The notes below the pieces were generated by a model. The model did not search any database, was not told the origin of the DNA, and saw only the letters and a list, made by a program, of their open reading frames with translations. A DNA stretch of 64,000 nt. It comes from Candidatus Pacearchaeota archaeon CG10_big_fil_rev_8_21_14_0_10_31_59 (GTDB lineage: Archaea > Nanobdellota > Nanobdellia > Pacearchaeales > CG1-02-31-27). Location: NCBI GenBank assembly GCA_002763115.1, contig PFCW01000002.1, positions 131,703 to 195,702 on the forward strand, read 5' to 3'. Below, one piece after another: positions 36,787 to 45,642 of the stretch (its first letter is position 1; each line of letters opens with the position of its first letter). Position numbers and translations under genes: made by a program.

Positions 36787-38311
36787 TAAGGTTTGATTGT
36801 TGTTTTTTTGTAAATTTCTGCTTTAAACTTTCTATAGCAGTGTTCATTTTTCTTTCTTTCGCTTTGGATGCATAGTAATACACTTCATCTCTTGTTCTTC
36901 TTGTCATTAAAACTATAACTTTTCCAGGTTTTAATCTTGCTGTTCTTCCCCTTCTCTGAATTTGTCTTATAGCAGAAGGTATTGGTTCGTAAAAAATCAC
37001 AGCATCAACTTCAGGGATATCTAAACCTTCCTCACCAATTGATGTTGAAATTAAAACATTTATTTTATTTTCCTTGAATTTGTCTAAAATTATTTTCTGC
37101 TCTTTCTGATTCATTCCAATATTTCTTCTTTTTGCCTGTCCAACGAAAATTTCAGCATTTATTTTATTTTGATTAAGTCTTTCCTTTATTTTGTTTACAG
37201 TATCCCTATACTGTGTAAATACAATAATCTTTTTGTTTTTTTCACCCAAAATTTCATTTAAAACTTCTATCAGTTTTTCCTGTTTCGGGTGTTCAAAATT
37301 TTCAGCCTTTAATTTAGCAGTAACGAGATAAACTGATTTGAAAATTTCTGTTTTTGTAATAGCCAAAGAAGCCTTTCTCCCCTCTTCCGATTCTTTTAAC
37401 AATTTTTGCAGATAAAGATAAAAAGGCGTTATTCCCTGCGTTTCTAACAATTCCAAAGCATACTGTAATTTTATTGCCTGAACACATAAAGACAATCCCT
37501 TTAACAGATTAAAATTCTTATTTCCGGAGTTTACAGCATTAAATATTCTTTTCTGCAATTCCAAAAGATTAGTTTTTGTAGGCCTGTCAAATAAAATTTT
37601 CCTGTTCTGCAATTCTTCAATTTTTTTCGCATAAATTTCCTTTATCTTATCTTTTATTAATTCAAATTCTGGCGGCATATCAACTCTGACAATATCTAAT
37701 TTCATCTCCTGAATATATTCTTTTACATCTTTACTTTCCCTGTTTCTTATTTCAATATGTTCTATGTCCAGAGTTTCACAAATTTTTTTTATTTTTTCTT
37801 CTTCATGTCCGGGAGATGCAGTCAAGGCCAGAACTCTCTTGTTAATCCCCTGCATTTTGTATTTATTTGAAACATAAACATAACTGTAGTCTTTTACAGC
37901 CCTATGCGCCTCATCAAAAACCAGCAAAGAGAAATCCTCCAAACTTATCACACCTCTTTTCAAATCATTTGCTATGCATTGTGGTGTTGAGAAAATTATC
38001 GTAGCTGTCCACATTTTTTTAATTCTATCCTCGGATTTAATCTTTCCAGTAATAAGAACATATTCTGCATACAAATCTCCGAGAGTTTTTTGAAAAGTGT
38101 AATAATGCTGCTCAATCAATGGTCTTGTGGGAGCCATTATCAGAATTTTACTCCTAGGAAATTTTTCCAGTCTATCTTTAGTCAACATCAAGGCAATAAG
38201 AGTTTTTCCCAAGCCAGTCGGTAATACAACCAACGTGTTTTTGTCTTTCGCATTTTCAAAAATCTCTTTTTGATATTCCCTAGCTTCTACCATGTATAAT
38301 ACAGATAACAA
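36776..38311 (-). CDS. Hef/FANCM-type DEAH helicase (helicase portion only)
   Basis: 511 aa. Motif I LPTGLGKT, motif II FDEAH, motif VI QRRGRTAR. Insertion domain between the RecA lobes. No nuclease domain: that is encoded separately at 34618-35313. Confidence 0.8.
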   Translation of the reverse strand: MLSVLYMVEAREYQKEIFENAKDKNTLVVLPTGLGKTLIALMLTKDRLEKFPRSKILIMAPTRPLIEQHYYTFQKTLGDLYAEYVLITGKIKSEDRIKKMWTATIIFSTPQCIANDLKRGVISLEDFSLLVFDEAHRAVKDYSYVYVSNKYKMQGINKRVLALTASPGHEEEKIKKICETLDIEHIEIRNRESKDVKEYIQEMKLDIVRVDMPPEFELIKDKIKEIYAKKIEELQNRKILFDRPTKTNLLELQKRIFNAVNSGNKNFNLLKGLSLCVQAIKLQYALELLETQGITPFYLYLQKLLKESEEGRKASLAITKTEIFKSVYLVTAKLKAENFEHPKQEKLIEVLNEILGEKNKKIIVFTQYRDTVNKIKERLNQNKINAEIFVGQAKRRNIGMNQKEQKIILDKFKENKINVLISTSIGEEGLDIPEVDAVIFYEPIPSAIRQIQRRGRTARLKPGKVIVLMTRRTRDEVYYYASKAKERKMNTAIESLKQKFTKKQQSNLNDF

Positions 38312-38343
38312 ATATTTTTAAGTATAATTATTTTAAAGCATCC

Positions 38344-38616
38344 ATGTTTGTAAAAATTTTGGGTGTGATGGATATGGTATCATCAGTTTTTTTAATCGGA
38401 AGTATGTTTCATTTCCCCCAAATATTATTTTATATAGCTTTGATATATCTGGCAATTAAGGCGGTTTTATTTCTACCTTCTTTAAATGTTCTGACTTTTT
38501 TTGATTTAATAATCGCTATATTATTCTTCTTATCATTATTTTTGGCAATCCCAAAAACAATTTTAATAATATGCTTTTTATTTTTATTCGGAAAGGGGAT
38601 AATAAGTCTGCTTTGA
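38344..38616 (+). CDS. hypothetical small membrane protein
   Basis: 90 aa, 3 hydrophobic helices. No motif. Confidence 0.3.
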   Translation: MFVKILGVMDMVSSVFLIGSMFHFPQILFYIALIYLAIKAVLFLPSLNVLTFFDLIIAILFFLSLFLAIPKTILIICFLFLFGKGIISLL

Positions 38617-39399
38617 TTACCAGTAATAACCCGTACCTTTCATAATTTTATCCATAAAACTTACCATTATAACAAAACCAAGAAGAATTGCGGCTATTAT
38701 TATCAAAATTATATTCAATTTTAGATACATCATGATCAACATTGCAATAGTCATAACAAGGAAGAATGTGAAATACATTAATGAGTTAAAGAAAATTTTT
38801 GTTCCCGGATAATCTCCCATCAAAACAGTATCTGAACGCACCAATGTTGCAAGAAGAATTCCTATAACCCCCAGAGGTAAGATAGTTAATACAGCAAACC
38901 AGCCGTTATACAGTGCAAATTCTCTGAATCCTAGGGAGTAACTTATTGTTGCCAGAATTAACGAAAATAAAGCTCCTCCGGATGCTACAACGGCAGTGTC
39001 AATTTCCTTTTCCCTCATCCATCTGTATTTTGCTCTTCTGGCTGTTCCTTTAATATTAACACTGAAAATTGAAAACCATTTTATAACACCACTACTTATT
39101 ATAACTAAAAATAATGGAAACAACAACCATAGGGGAACAGGAGTTCTGAATGTATACTGGGGCCTGAAACCAAATCTTGAAACTTCCCAGAATTTAATTT
39201 CTGCTTTTGAACCGAAACGCCAGGCCAAAATTTTGTAGCCCGCAACATGAAAAAGGATCATGACAGCAGCCATTAACAAAGCCCAAAGATAATTTTTCAA
39301 AGATAACTTTTCTAAAACCATAATCAGAGCGATGAGAAATACGGCTATGATAATATAGCTAATCTCTTTTTTATTTATCATATTAAATCTAACAATCAA
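38617..39399 (-). CDS. hypothetical polytopic membrane protein
   Basis: 260 aa, 6-7 TM. No HExxH or other catalytic signature seen. Confidence 0.4.
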   Translation of the reverse strand: MIVRFNMINKKEISYIIIAVFLIALIMVLEKLSLKNYLWALLMAAVMILFHVAGYKILAWRFGSKAEIKFWEVSRFGFRPQYTFRTPVPLWLLFPLFLVIISSGVIKWFSIFSVNIKGTARRAKYRWMREKEIDTAVVASGGALFSLILATISYSLGFREFALYNGWFAVLTILPLGVIGILLATLVRSDTVLMGDYPGTKIFFNSLMYFTFFLVMTIAMLIMMYLKLNIILIIIAAILLGFVIMVSFMDKIMKGTGYYW

Positions 39400-39529
39400 T
39401 TTCTTTTAAACTTTTTCCTTATGTATCCTCCTAAATATATATTAAAAAATATAATTTATCCCAAACATAAAATTTAAAAATAAGTAAAAGAAAGATATAT
39501 AAAGGAGGATTTGCTTTTTTAAGTAGAAA

Positions 39530-39814
39530 ATGATAAAAGTAATGAAAATAAGTGAAATGTTGGGAAGAGAGGTATTTACAGATTCCGGAGACTTTTTTGG
39601 AAACATCGAAGAAACTAATTTGATTGATAATAAAATAGCTGGATGGAGAATTAAAATATCAAGAGAAAGTAATTTGACTCCATTTTTAGGGGGAGCAAAA
39701 GGATTAATTATCCCACACCAGTTTGTAAAAGCTATCGGAGATGTCGTTGTCGTCAGTAGAGCCGCAGTTCCAACAAAAGAGGATGAATTAAAAGAGGGAG
39801 AAAAACTTGTTTAA
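39530..39814 (+). CDS. PRC-barrel domain protein
   Basis: 94 aa. LGREVFTDSGDFFGNIEETNLIDNKIAGWRI...FVKAIGDVVVVS is PRC-barrel-like. Confidence 0.55.
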   Translation: MIKVMKISEMLGREVFTDSGDFFGNIEETNLIDNKIAGWRIKISRESNLTPFLGGAKGLIIPHQFVKAIGDVVVVSRAAVPTKEDELKEGEKLV

Positions 39815-39830
39815 TAAATAAGTTTAAAAA

Positions 39831-40340
39831 ATGTCTGCTGGAACATTAAGTTTATTTGAACAACCATTATTTGCAAATATAATTCTTCCATTTTTATTGA
39901 TTTTTGTGATAGTTTATGCTGTTTTAGAAAAAACAAAAATATTATCAAAAGAGAATAAGGCAATCAATGTTATTGTTGCATTTGTTATAGGCATTGTTTT
40001 TATCGGAGTGCCTGCAGCAGCAGGTGTTACAACTAAGTTTTTGCCGATAGTGGCAGTCATAGTTGTTTTGATTTTTGGATTGATGTTGATGTTTGGAATA
40101 GCAGGAATTAGTAAAGGCGGAGAAAGTTTTGAATTTCACACAGGGTTAAAAATAACTTTAGGTATTTTAGTTGGTATAGCATTTGTAATTACAATATTGT
40201 GGGCAACAGGAACGTTGCAGTATATTATTGCTGTAAAAGAACAATGGTGGGCAAGCCAGTTATGGCAGACATTAATTTTTATAGGCTTACTTGTTGGTGT
40301 TATAATTGTTTTGTTGATTAAAGAAAAGAATAAAAGTTAG
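39831..40340 (+). CDS. 5-TM membrane protein, paralog 1 of a tandem triplicated family
   Basis: 169 aa. Shares the block L-(E/S)-K-(T/I)-x-(I/L)-(L/F)-(S/G)-(K/E)-E-N-(K/D)-x-I-x-x-I-(V/I)-A-x-x-V/I-G with the next two ORFs. Confidence 0.5.
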   Translation: MSAGTLSLFEQPLFANIILPFLLIFVIVYAVLEKTKILSKENKAINVIVAFVIGIVFIGVPAAAGVTTKFLPIVAVIVVLIFGLMLMFGIAGISKGGESFEFHTGLKITLGILVGIAFVITILWATGTLQYIIAVKEQWWASQLWQTLIFIGLLVGVIIVLLIKEKNKS

Positions 40341-40369
40341 TAATTTAAATAATTTAAAAAAAGAGGAAA

Positions 40370-40879
40370 ATGGTATATGTTCCAACTTATGGCGGATTGG
40401 TAGATGTATTACAATCATGGGCAGATTATGGGATTTTTACAGTTTTACTTCCAATGCTTCTTGTCTTTGTTCTTACTTATGGTATTTTATCAAAGATTAA
40501 ATTGTTTGGAGAAAAGAATGATAAAATATCTATGATTATTGCCTTGATTGTAGGTTTGATTGCAGTAACTTATGAGCCATTAGCTTATGTTTTTATGGCA
40601 TTATTCCAGAATTTGGCAATAGGAATAATTATTTTGTTAGTTATGGTTGTTTTAATGGGATTATTTATTAATCCAACAGACACACCAAATGGATGGAAAT
40701 GGTTCGGGGTTGTTGGCGGTATCTTGTTTCTATGGATAATGGGAAGAGTATTCGGAAAATATATAGGGGATTTTATAGAGAGTAGTTATGTGTGGAATAT
40801 GATTCTTCAATCATTGGTAATTTTAGTTCCTATAGTCGTAATAATCTTAGCATTAGTTCTTGGTGGGAAAAATAAATAG
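40370..40879 (+). CDS. 5-TM membrane protein, paralog 2
   Basis: 169 aa, same topology and conserved block (GILSKIKLFGEKNDKISMIIALIVGLIAV). Confidence 0.5.
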   Translation: MVYVPTYGGLVDVLQSWADYGIFTVLLPMLLVFVLTYGILSKIKLFGEKNDKISMIIALIVGLIAVTYEPLAYVFMALFQNLAIGIIILLVMVVLMGLFINPTDTPNGWKWFGVVGGILFLWIMGRVFGKYIGDFIESSYVWNMILQSLVILVPIVVIILALVLGGKNK

Positions 40880-41009
40880 CTCTTCTTTTGTTTTTCAAAG
40901 CGGAATTTTTATGTCTTATTAAATAGTTCTTACTGTACAGTTACAACAAACCGAAAGGTTTAAATAGTTGTTTTTCTTTTGAAAATAGTAAATTAATATT
41001 AGAGGAAAA

Positions 41010-41486
41010 ATGGTATCAGAATTTGCATTGTTTATAAGCGAAATAAGCCCGTTGCTGGCTTTTATATTAGTAACAGTTCTAGTTTATGCTCTATTATCCA
41101 AAACAGGAATTCTTGGAGAGAATAAAATTGTCAGTTTAATCATAGCCGCAATAGTCGGTTTATTGTTTGCTATTGTTCCAAAAGCAATTGATTTTACAAA
41201 TACATTACTACCTATTGTAGCAGCTTTTTTAATTTTTATAGTTGTTACAGTTTTGGTTGTTACATTCACCCACGGAAGTTTCGTAGATATGGTTGGAAAA
41301 AAAGGAATTGTATGGATTATAGTTATTGTTTTAGTAATCATATTTATATATGCTGCAATAAAAGTTTCACCACAATTTACAGAAATGATTTCAAATCCAA
41401 CACCATTTTGGAAAAACATGATTTTAGAACCAATTATATTTTTTATCGTATTCGGTGTTGTAACATGGTTATTAATCAAGAAATAA
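41010..41486 (+). CDS. 5-TM membrane protein, paralog 3
   Basis: 158 aa (ALLSKTGILGENKIVSLIIAAIVGLLFAIV). The antisense ORF 41084-41479 is judged spurious. Confidence 0.5.
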   Translation: MVSEFALFISEISPLLAFILVTVLVYALLSKTGILGENKIVSLIIAAIVGLLFAIVPKAIDFTNTLLPIVAAFLIFIVVTVLVVTFTHGSFVDMVGKKGIVWIIVIVLVIIFIYAAIKVSPQFTEMISNPTPFWKNMILEPIIFFIVFGVVTWLLIKK

Positions 41487-42305
41487 TTATTTTTTCTTAA
41501 CTGTTTTTTTTGTTTTCTTTTCTGCTATTGAAGAAAGACTTTCTTTTAATCTGCCGAGTTCTTTTACATTGTCAACTAAAGGGTTTAGAACTTTGGAAAA
41601 AGAATCCTGCATCATTCCCATTTCACCACCCAGACTTCTGATGCTCTGATTATTTTCCTTAACACTGGAAACAAGCAATTCCTGCAACCTGTCAAATGAT
41701 GATTCCAATCTTTTTACTCTTTCATTCAAATTTTTGACAGCATTCTTCAAACTTTCCTTTAATTCAGAAATATCACCGACTTTGTCTTTAAATTCTTCCC
41801 ATTTTTCATTTATAACTTCCTCAACGATTTCCTCTACAGCTTCTGTAGAATATTCCTGCTGCTGCGGTTGTTGATATGCCTGTTCTTCAGTTGCATATTG
41901 ATATGGATATTGCTGTTCTGTTGAAGGCATTGGATATTGATATTCTTGCTGTGGATAATTTTGTTGCGGTACTTGTTGCGGCTGTTGTGGCATCTGCTGT
42001 TGAGCTTCTTGCGGAACTTGGCCATAATCATAATTCTGTTGACCGTAATCTTGGTTTTGCTGACCATAAGTTTGTTCCTGTCCGTAATCATTTGATGGTG
42101 CCGGTGGTTCTATTTCTCCGGCAAACGGGTCAGGCTGTTTATTATTCATCCCGATAGTTGATTTTATTTTCTGCTGATTTAAAGCATCATTAATTTGTTT
42201 TGGCAAATAGCCCCTGTTTCTTAAAGAAGTTATTATATCGGCATCATTCATGTTTTGGGATTTCATATTATCGACAAGTTCAAAAGGTGTCTCTTTTATT
42301 GCCAT
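41487..42305 (-). CDS. three-part protein: UBA-like N-domain, Q/Y/P-rich prion-like low-complexity region, C-terminal coiled-coil
   Basis: 272 aa. N-terminus NDADIITSLRNRGYLPKQINDALNQ. Middle QNQDYGQQNYDYGQVPQEAQQQMPQQPQQVPQQNYPQQEYQYPMP...QQPQQQEY. C-terminus has heptad-like ELKESLKNAVKNLNERVKRLESSFDRLQELL. Confidence 0.5.
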   Translation of the reverse strand: MAIKETPFELVDNMKSQNMNDADIITSLRNRGYLPKQINDALNQQKIKSTIGMNNKQPDPFAGEIEPPAPSNDYGQEQTYGQQNQDYGQQNYDYGQVPQEAQQQMPQQPQQVPQQNYPQQEYQYPMPSTEQQYPYQYATEEQAYQQPQQQEYSTEAVEEIVEEVINEKWEEFKDKVGDISELKESLKNAVKNLNERVKRLESSFDRLQELLVSSVKENNQSIRSLGGEMGMMQDSFSKVLNPLVDNVKELGRLKESLSSIAEKKTKKTVKKK

Positions 42306-42317
42306 TTTAAATATAAA

Positions 42318-42707
42318 TTATTCTGGGTTTTTATTACTTTTCTTTTTATTTTCAAGTTCCTCTTGAATAATTCTTCTCACTTCATCCTCCTTGACAAATT
42401 TTAACGGCTCCCAAATTTTCATATACCTCTGCAATACAGTCAATTCCTCTTTTCTTGCGAAATAAGAAGTTTCTTTCAACAAATGCTGCAATCCCTCCTT
42501 GATTCTTTCAATTGTATTATTAATATTTCGAACATCCTCCTTTACAGTCTCGATATCAACATTAATTCTTTGTTCCTGCTTAAGCAAAGTTTTGCCCAAT
42601 AATAAAACTCTTTCCTTCAAAAGATTATTTTTTTCTTCTAAATCACTGATTTTGGCATTAAAGTCCACAAGCAAGGCAGACATACTGTTTACATCTTTAT
42701 CATCCAT
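42318..42707 (-). CDS. coiled-coil protein
   Basis: 129 aa, predicted continuous coiled coil (LEEKNNLLKERVLLLGKTLLKQEQRINVDIETVKEDVRNINNTIERIKEGLQHLL). Confidence 0.45.
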   Translation of the reverse strand: MDDKDVNSMSALLVDFNAKISDLEEKNNLLKERVLLLGKTLLKQEQRINVDIETVKEDVRNINNTIERIKEGLQHLLKETSYFARKEELTVLQRYMKIWEPLKFVKEDEVRRIIQEELENKKKSNKNPE

Positions 42708-42809
42708 CTTTTTTATAAACGAAAACTATTTTAATCTTGGATTTGTTCTTAATTTTAGAAGGAATACCAACTATTTAAATTTTAATAATCGACTAAAAAC
42801 GAGAAGAAA

Positions 42810-45101
42810 ATGTTATTCAAACCAGAAACAAAGTTGTATGGATACGAAATTATGCGTGAGGGGGGTGTTGATGTAATGTACGTTAATTACATAGGCTCTT
42901 CTACAGTTCCATCGTTAATTTCCGATTCTTCCTCAATGTCAAGAATTATAGATTATATTATTGAATCACCAAATATTTCAAGAATAGTTTTTGTCCAGCA
43001 CAGAAATTACGTTCATGATTTAAACCAGGTTAGACTTCTGCAGGAAATAGCTAGAATTTATGTTTATCTTATAAAACAGGAAAATATCTTGTCTCTTAAC
43101 AAAATGTCTGTGACGTCATGCAATCAGTGCGTACCACAAAGACTCGGAGTTTTGAGATATTTGCTTTTAACATTGTTGAAATCCGATCCATTAGGATGCT
43201 ACGTTGAAACAAAAAGACTGTTGCGTGAAGAAAAAATAAATGCCGAGACAATTGCAGAGCAATGCAAAAGATGTCAAAATCATTATATTAGTCTGCTGAA
43301 CAATATCATGCAGCTGCTTGAAAACACTCAATTGGTAAAAAGAGTCAAAGACCATTTAGAAGGTTATCATATCGGTGAGAGAAATTTTTACGAGAATATT
43401 TTCAGGCCGGCGATAGTCCCAAATTTTGCATTTACAAGATTGATGGCTTCAATTCCATCAGGAGCTGAAATTGTTGACCAGTATTTAACAAAAGGGGAAT
43501 TTGACAGATCAACTGTTACAATATTAAAACTTCCAAACAAAACAAAATATGTTTATCATCTGACTCCGCCGGAATTTACACTCGATGAAAAATATTACAG
43601 TTTGGTTGAACTGGCAAGAAATGTTCTGCTTGAACACAAGCCGAAGGCAGAAGAATTTACAGATCCGGCAAGGATCAGGCAGGTATTTTTTAATGTTGGT
43701 AGGGATTTATTGCAGGAGCTTGCAAAAACAAAAGAGCTGAAAATTAATTATACAAAATTAAACAAACTGGCTGAAATTTTAGTCAGGCACACAATCGGTT
43801 TTGGTCTGGTTGAAGTTGCTTTGCAAGATGAAAAAGTTCAGGATTTGATAATAAATTCTCCGCCCGGGCAAGTGCCGATGTTTTTGAGGCATGAAGATTA
43901 TGATGAGTGCGATACGAATATAATTCCAAGTTTTGAGGATGTTGATTCATGGGCTGCAAAATTCAGAATGTTGTCTGGTCGTCCTTTGGACGAAGCAAAT
44001 CCGATACTTGACACTGAACTTATACTTCCCAAGTCAAGGTCAAGGGTTGCAATAATTCAGCAGCCATTATCTCCTTTTGGTCTGGCATATGCGTTGAGAA
44101 GACACAGAGACAAGCCGTGGACTTTGCCTTTATTCATTAAAAACAGAATGTTAAATCCGTTGGCAGCAGGACTTTTATCATTTTTAATTGACGGTTCAAG
44201 AACGATGCTGATAGCAGGAACAAGGTCATCAGGTAAGACTTCTTTGCTTGGTTCTTTGTTGCTGGAAATTATGCCAAAATATAGGATATTAACCGTTGAA
44301 GATACGCTGGAATTGCCTGCAGACGCATTGAAAAATTTAGGTTATGATATTTTAAGACTGAAAGTAAGAGCTGCGCTGACAAAAGAGTCAACTGAAGTTG
44401 AAGCAGCTGAAGGAATAAGAGCATCTTTGCGTTTGGGGGATTCATGTTTGATTGTTGGTGAAGTTAGAAGCGAGGAAGCTCTTGCATTATATGAAGCGAT
44501 GAGGATTGGAGCTTTAGCAAATGTAGTTGCAGGAACAATTCATGGTGCGAGTCCTTACGGTGTATTTGACAGGGTTGTAAATGATTTGAAAGTTCCGAAA
44601 ACTTCTTTCAAGGCAACAGATATTATTGCTATTGCAAATCCAATCAAGTCACCGGATGGATTGCAAAGATGGAGAAGAATGTTAACTATAACTGAAGTAA
44701 GGAAACATTGGACTGATGACCCTGTAAACGAAGGAGGATTTGTTGAATTAATGAAATATGATGTTGACAGCGATGAATTAAAACCAACTGATGATTTGAT
44801 TAATGGTGAAAGTGAGGTTTTGAAAGACATAGCAGGACAAGTTAAAGGATGGGCAGGAAACTGGGATGCTGTTTGGGACAATATTGTTTTGAGAGCAAAA
44901 ATAAAAGATGCCTTAGTAAAATACTCGGAAGCAGCAAAAATTCCAGATTTAATGGAGGCAAGATTTATTGTCCGTTCAAATAATGCTTTCCATAATATTT
45001 CAAACAAAGTAATGAAAGATGTCGGAATTCCAGAAGGAAAACAAGTTTACAAAGAATGGGAAGAATGGATTAAGAAAGAGATAAAGAGATTGAGGGGATG
45101 A
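42810..45101 (+). CDS. type II/IV secretion-system ATPase (FlaI/ArlI/TadA/VirB11 superfamily) with ~400-aa N-terminal extension
   Basis: 763 aa. Walker A GTRSSGKTS, Walker B/Asp box LTVEDTLEL, His box region. N-terminal extension contains CNQC...CKRC (possible Zn site). Confidence 0.8.
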   Translation: MLFKPETKLYGYEIMREGGVDVMYVNYIGSSTVPSLISDSSSMSRIIDYIIESPNISRIVFVQHRNYVHDLNQVRLLQEIARIYVYLIKQENILSLNKMSVTSCNQCVPQRLGVLRYLLLTLLKSDPLGCYVETKRLLREEKINAETIAEQCKRCQNHYISLLNNIMQLLENTQLVKRVKDHLEGYHIGERNFYENIFRPAIVPNFAFTRLMASIPSGAEIVDQYLTKGEFDRSTVTILKLPNKTKYVYHLTPPEFTLDEKYYSLVELARNVLLEHKPKAEEFTDPARIRQVFFNVGRDLLQELAKTKELKINYTKLNKLAEILVRHTIGFGLVEVALQDEKVQDLIINSPPGQVPMFLRHEDYDECDTNIIPSFEDVDSWAAKFRMLSGRPLDEANPILDTELILPKSRSRVAIIQQPLSPFGLAYALRRHRDKPWTLPLFIKNRMLNPLAAGLLSFLIDGSRTMLIAGTRSSGKTSLLGSLLLEIMPKYRILTVEDTLELPADALKNLGYDILRLKVRAALTKESTEVEAAEGIRASLRLGDSCLIVGEVRSEEALALYEAMRIGALANVVAGTIHGASPYGVFDRVVNDLKVPKTSFKATDIIAIANPIKSPDGLQRWRRMLTITEVRKHWTDDPVNEGGFVELMKYDVDSDELKPTDDLINGESEVLKDIAGQVKGWAGNWDAVWDNIVLRAKIKDALVKYSEAAKIPDLMEARFIVRSNNAFHNISNKVMKDVGIPEGKQVYKEWEEWIKKEIKRLRG

Positions 45102-45172
45102 TTATTCTTTAAAATATAAATGCTTTTATAGTTTATTAATAAAATATCATCTATGAAAAAACTGAATTACAA

Positions 45173-45544
45173 TTGGGAAAATTGTTTTTTTATTTTTTTG
45201 GGATTATACTTTTTCCTACAGCTTTTAAGGCTTCTAACATTATAATATTTTTAATCTTATTTCTTTTTTCCTCAGGTTCCTTTATCTACGGGGTTTTACC
45301 TCAAAATATTACCAAGTTAAACAGATCTTATGTAGAAAAATTTTCTTCATATCATGTATTTTTTGAGATTTTTCTCAAAATAATTTCTATAGGTGCTACA
45401 GCTTTTCTTACAGCATATTTACTTCAATATTGGGGTAAAGCACCTCAAGAATTCTTTTTGAATACGGGCATGATACTTATAATAATTTATGTTTTCACAA
45501 AATTGTTCCTTCTTAAAAATCCAATAAAAACAAATAAAAAATAA
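45173..45544 (+). CDS. hypothetical membrane protein
   Basis: 123 aa, 3-4 TM. Between the ATPase and platform genes. Confidence 0.4.
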   Translation: MGKLFFYFFGIILFPTAFKASNIIIFLILFLFSSGSFIYGVLPQNITKLNRSYVEKFSSYHVFFEIFLKIISIGATAFLTAYLLQYWGKAPQEFFLNTGMILIIIYVFTKLFLLKNPIKTNKK

Positions 45545-45642
45545 AAAATATTTTTTTAATCTTTCTAAAACTCTTACAAAATTAATCACTCAAAATTCTT
45601 CCCCATCTAAAAAATCTCGGAACTCAATTTTTACGATGTTAT

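Noticed and set aside
39831-41486. The three paralogous membrane proteins as type IV pilins.
   Set aside because: They have five TM helices each and no class III signal peptide ((K/R)(G/A) followed by a hydrophobic stretch) at the N-terminus.
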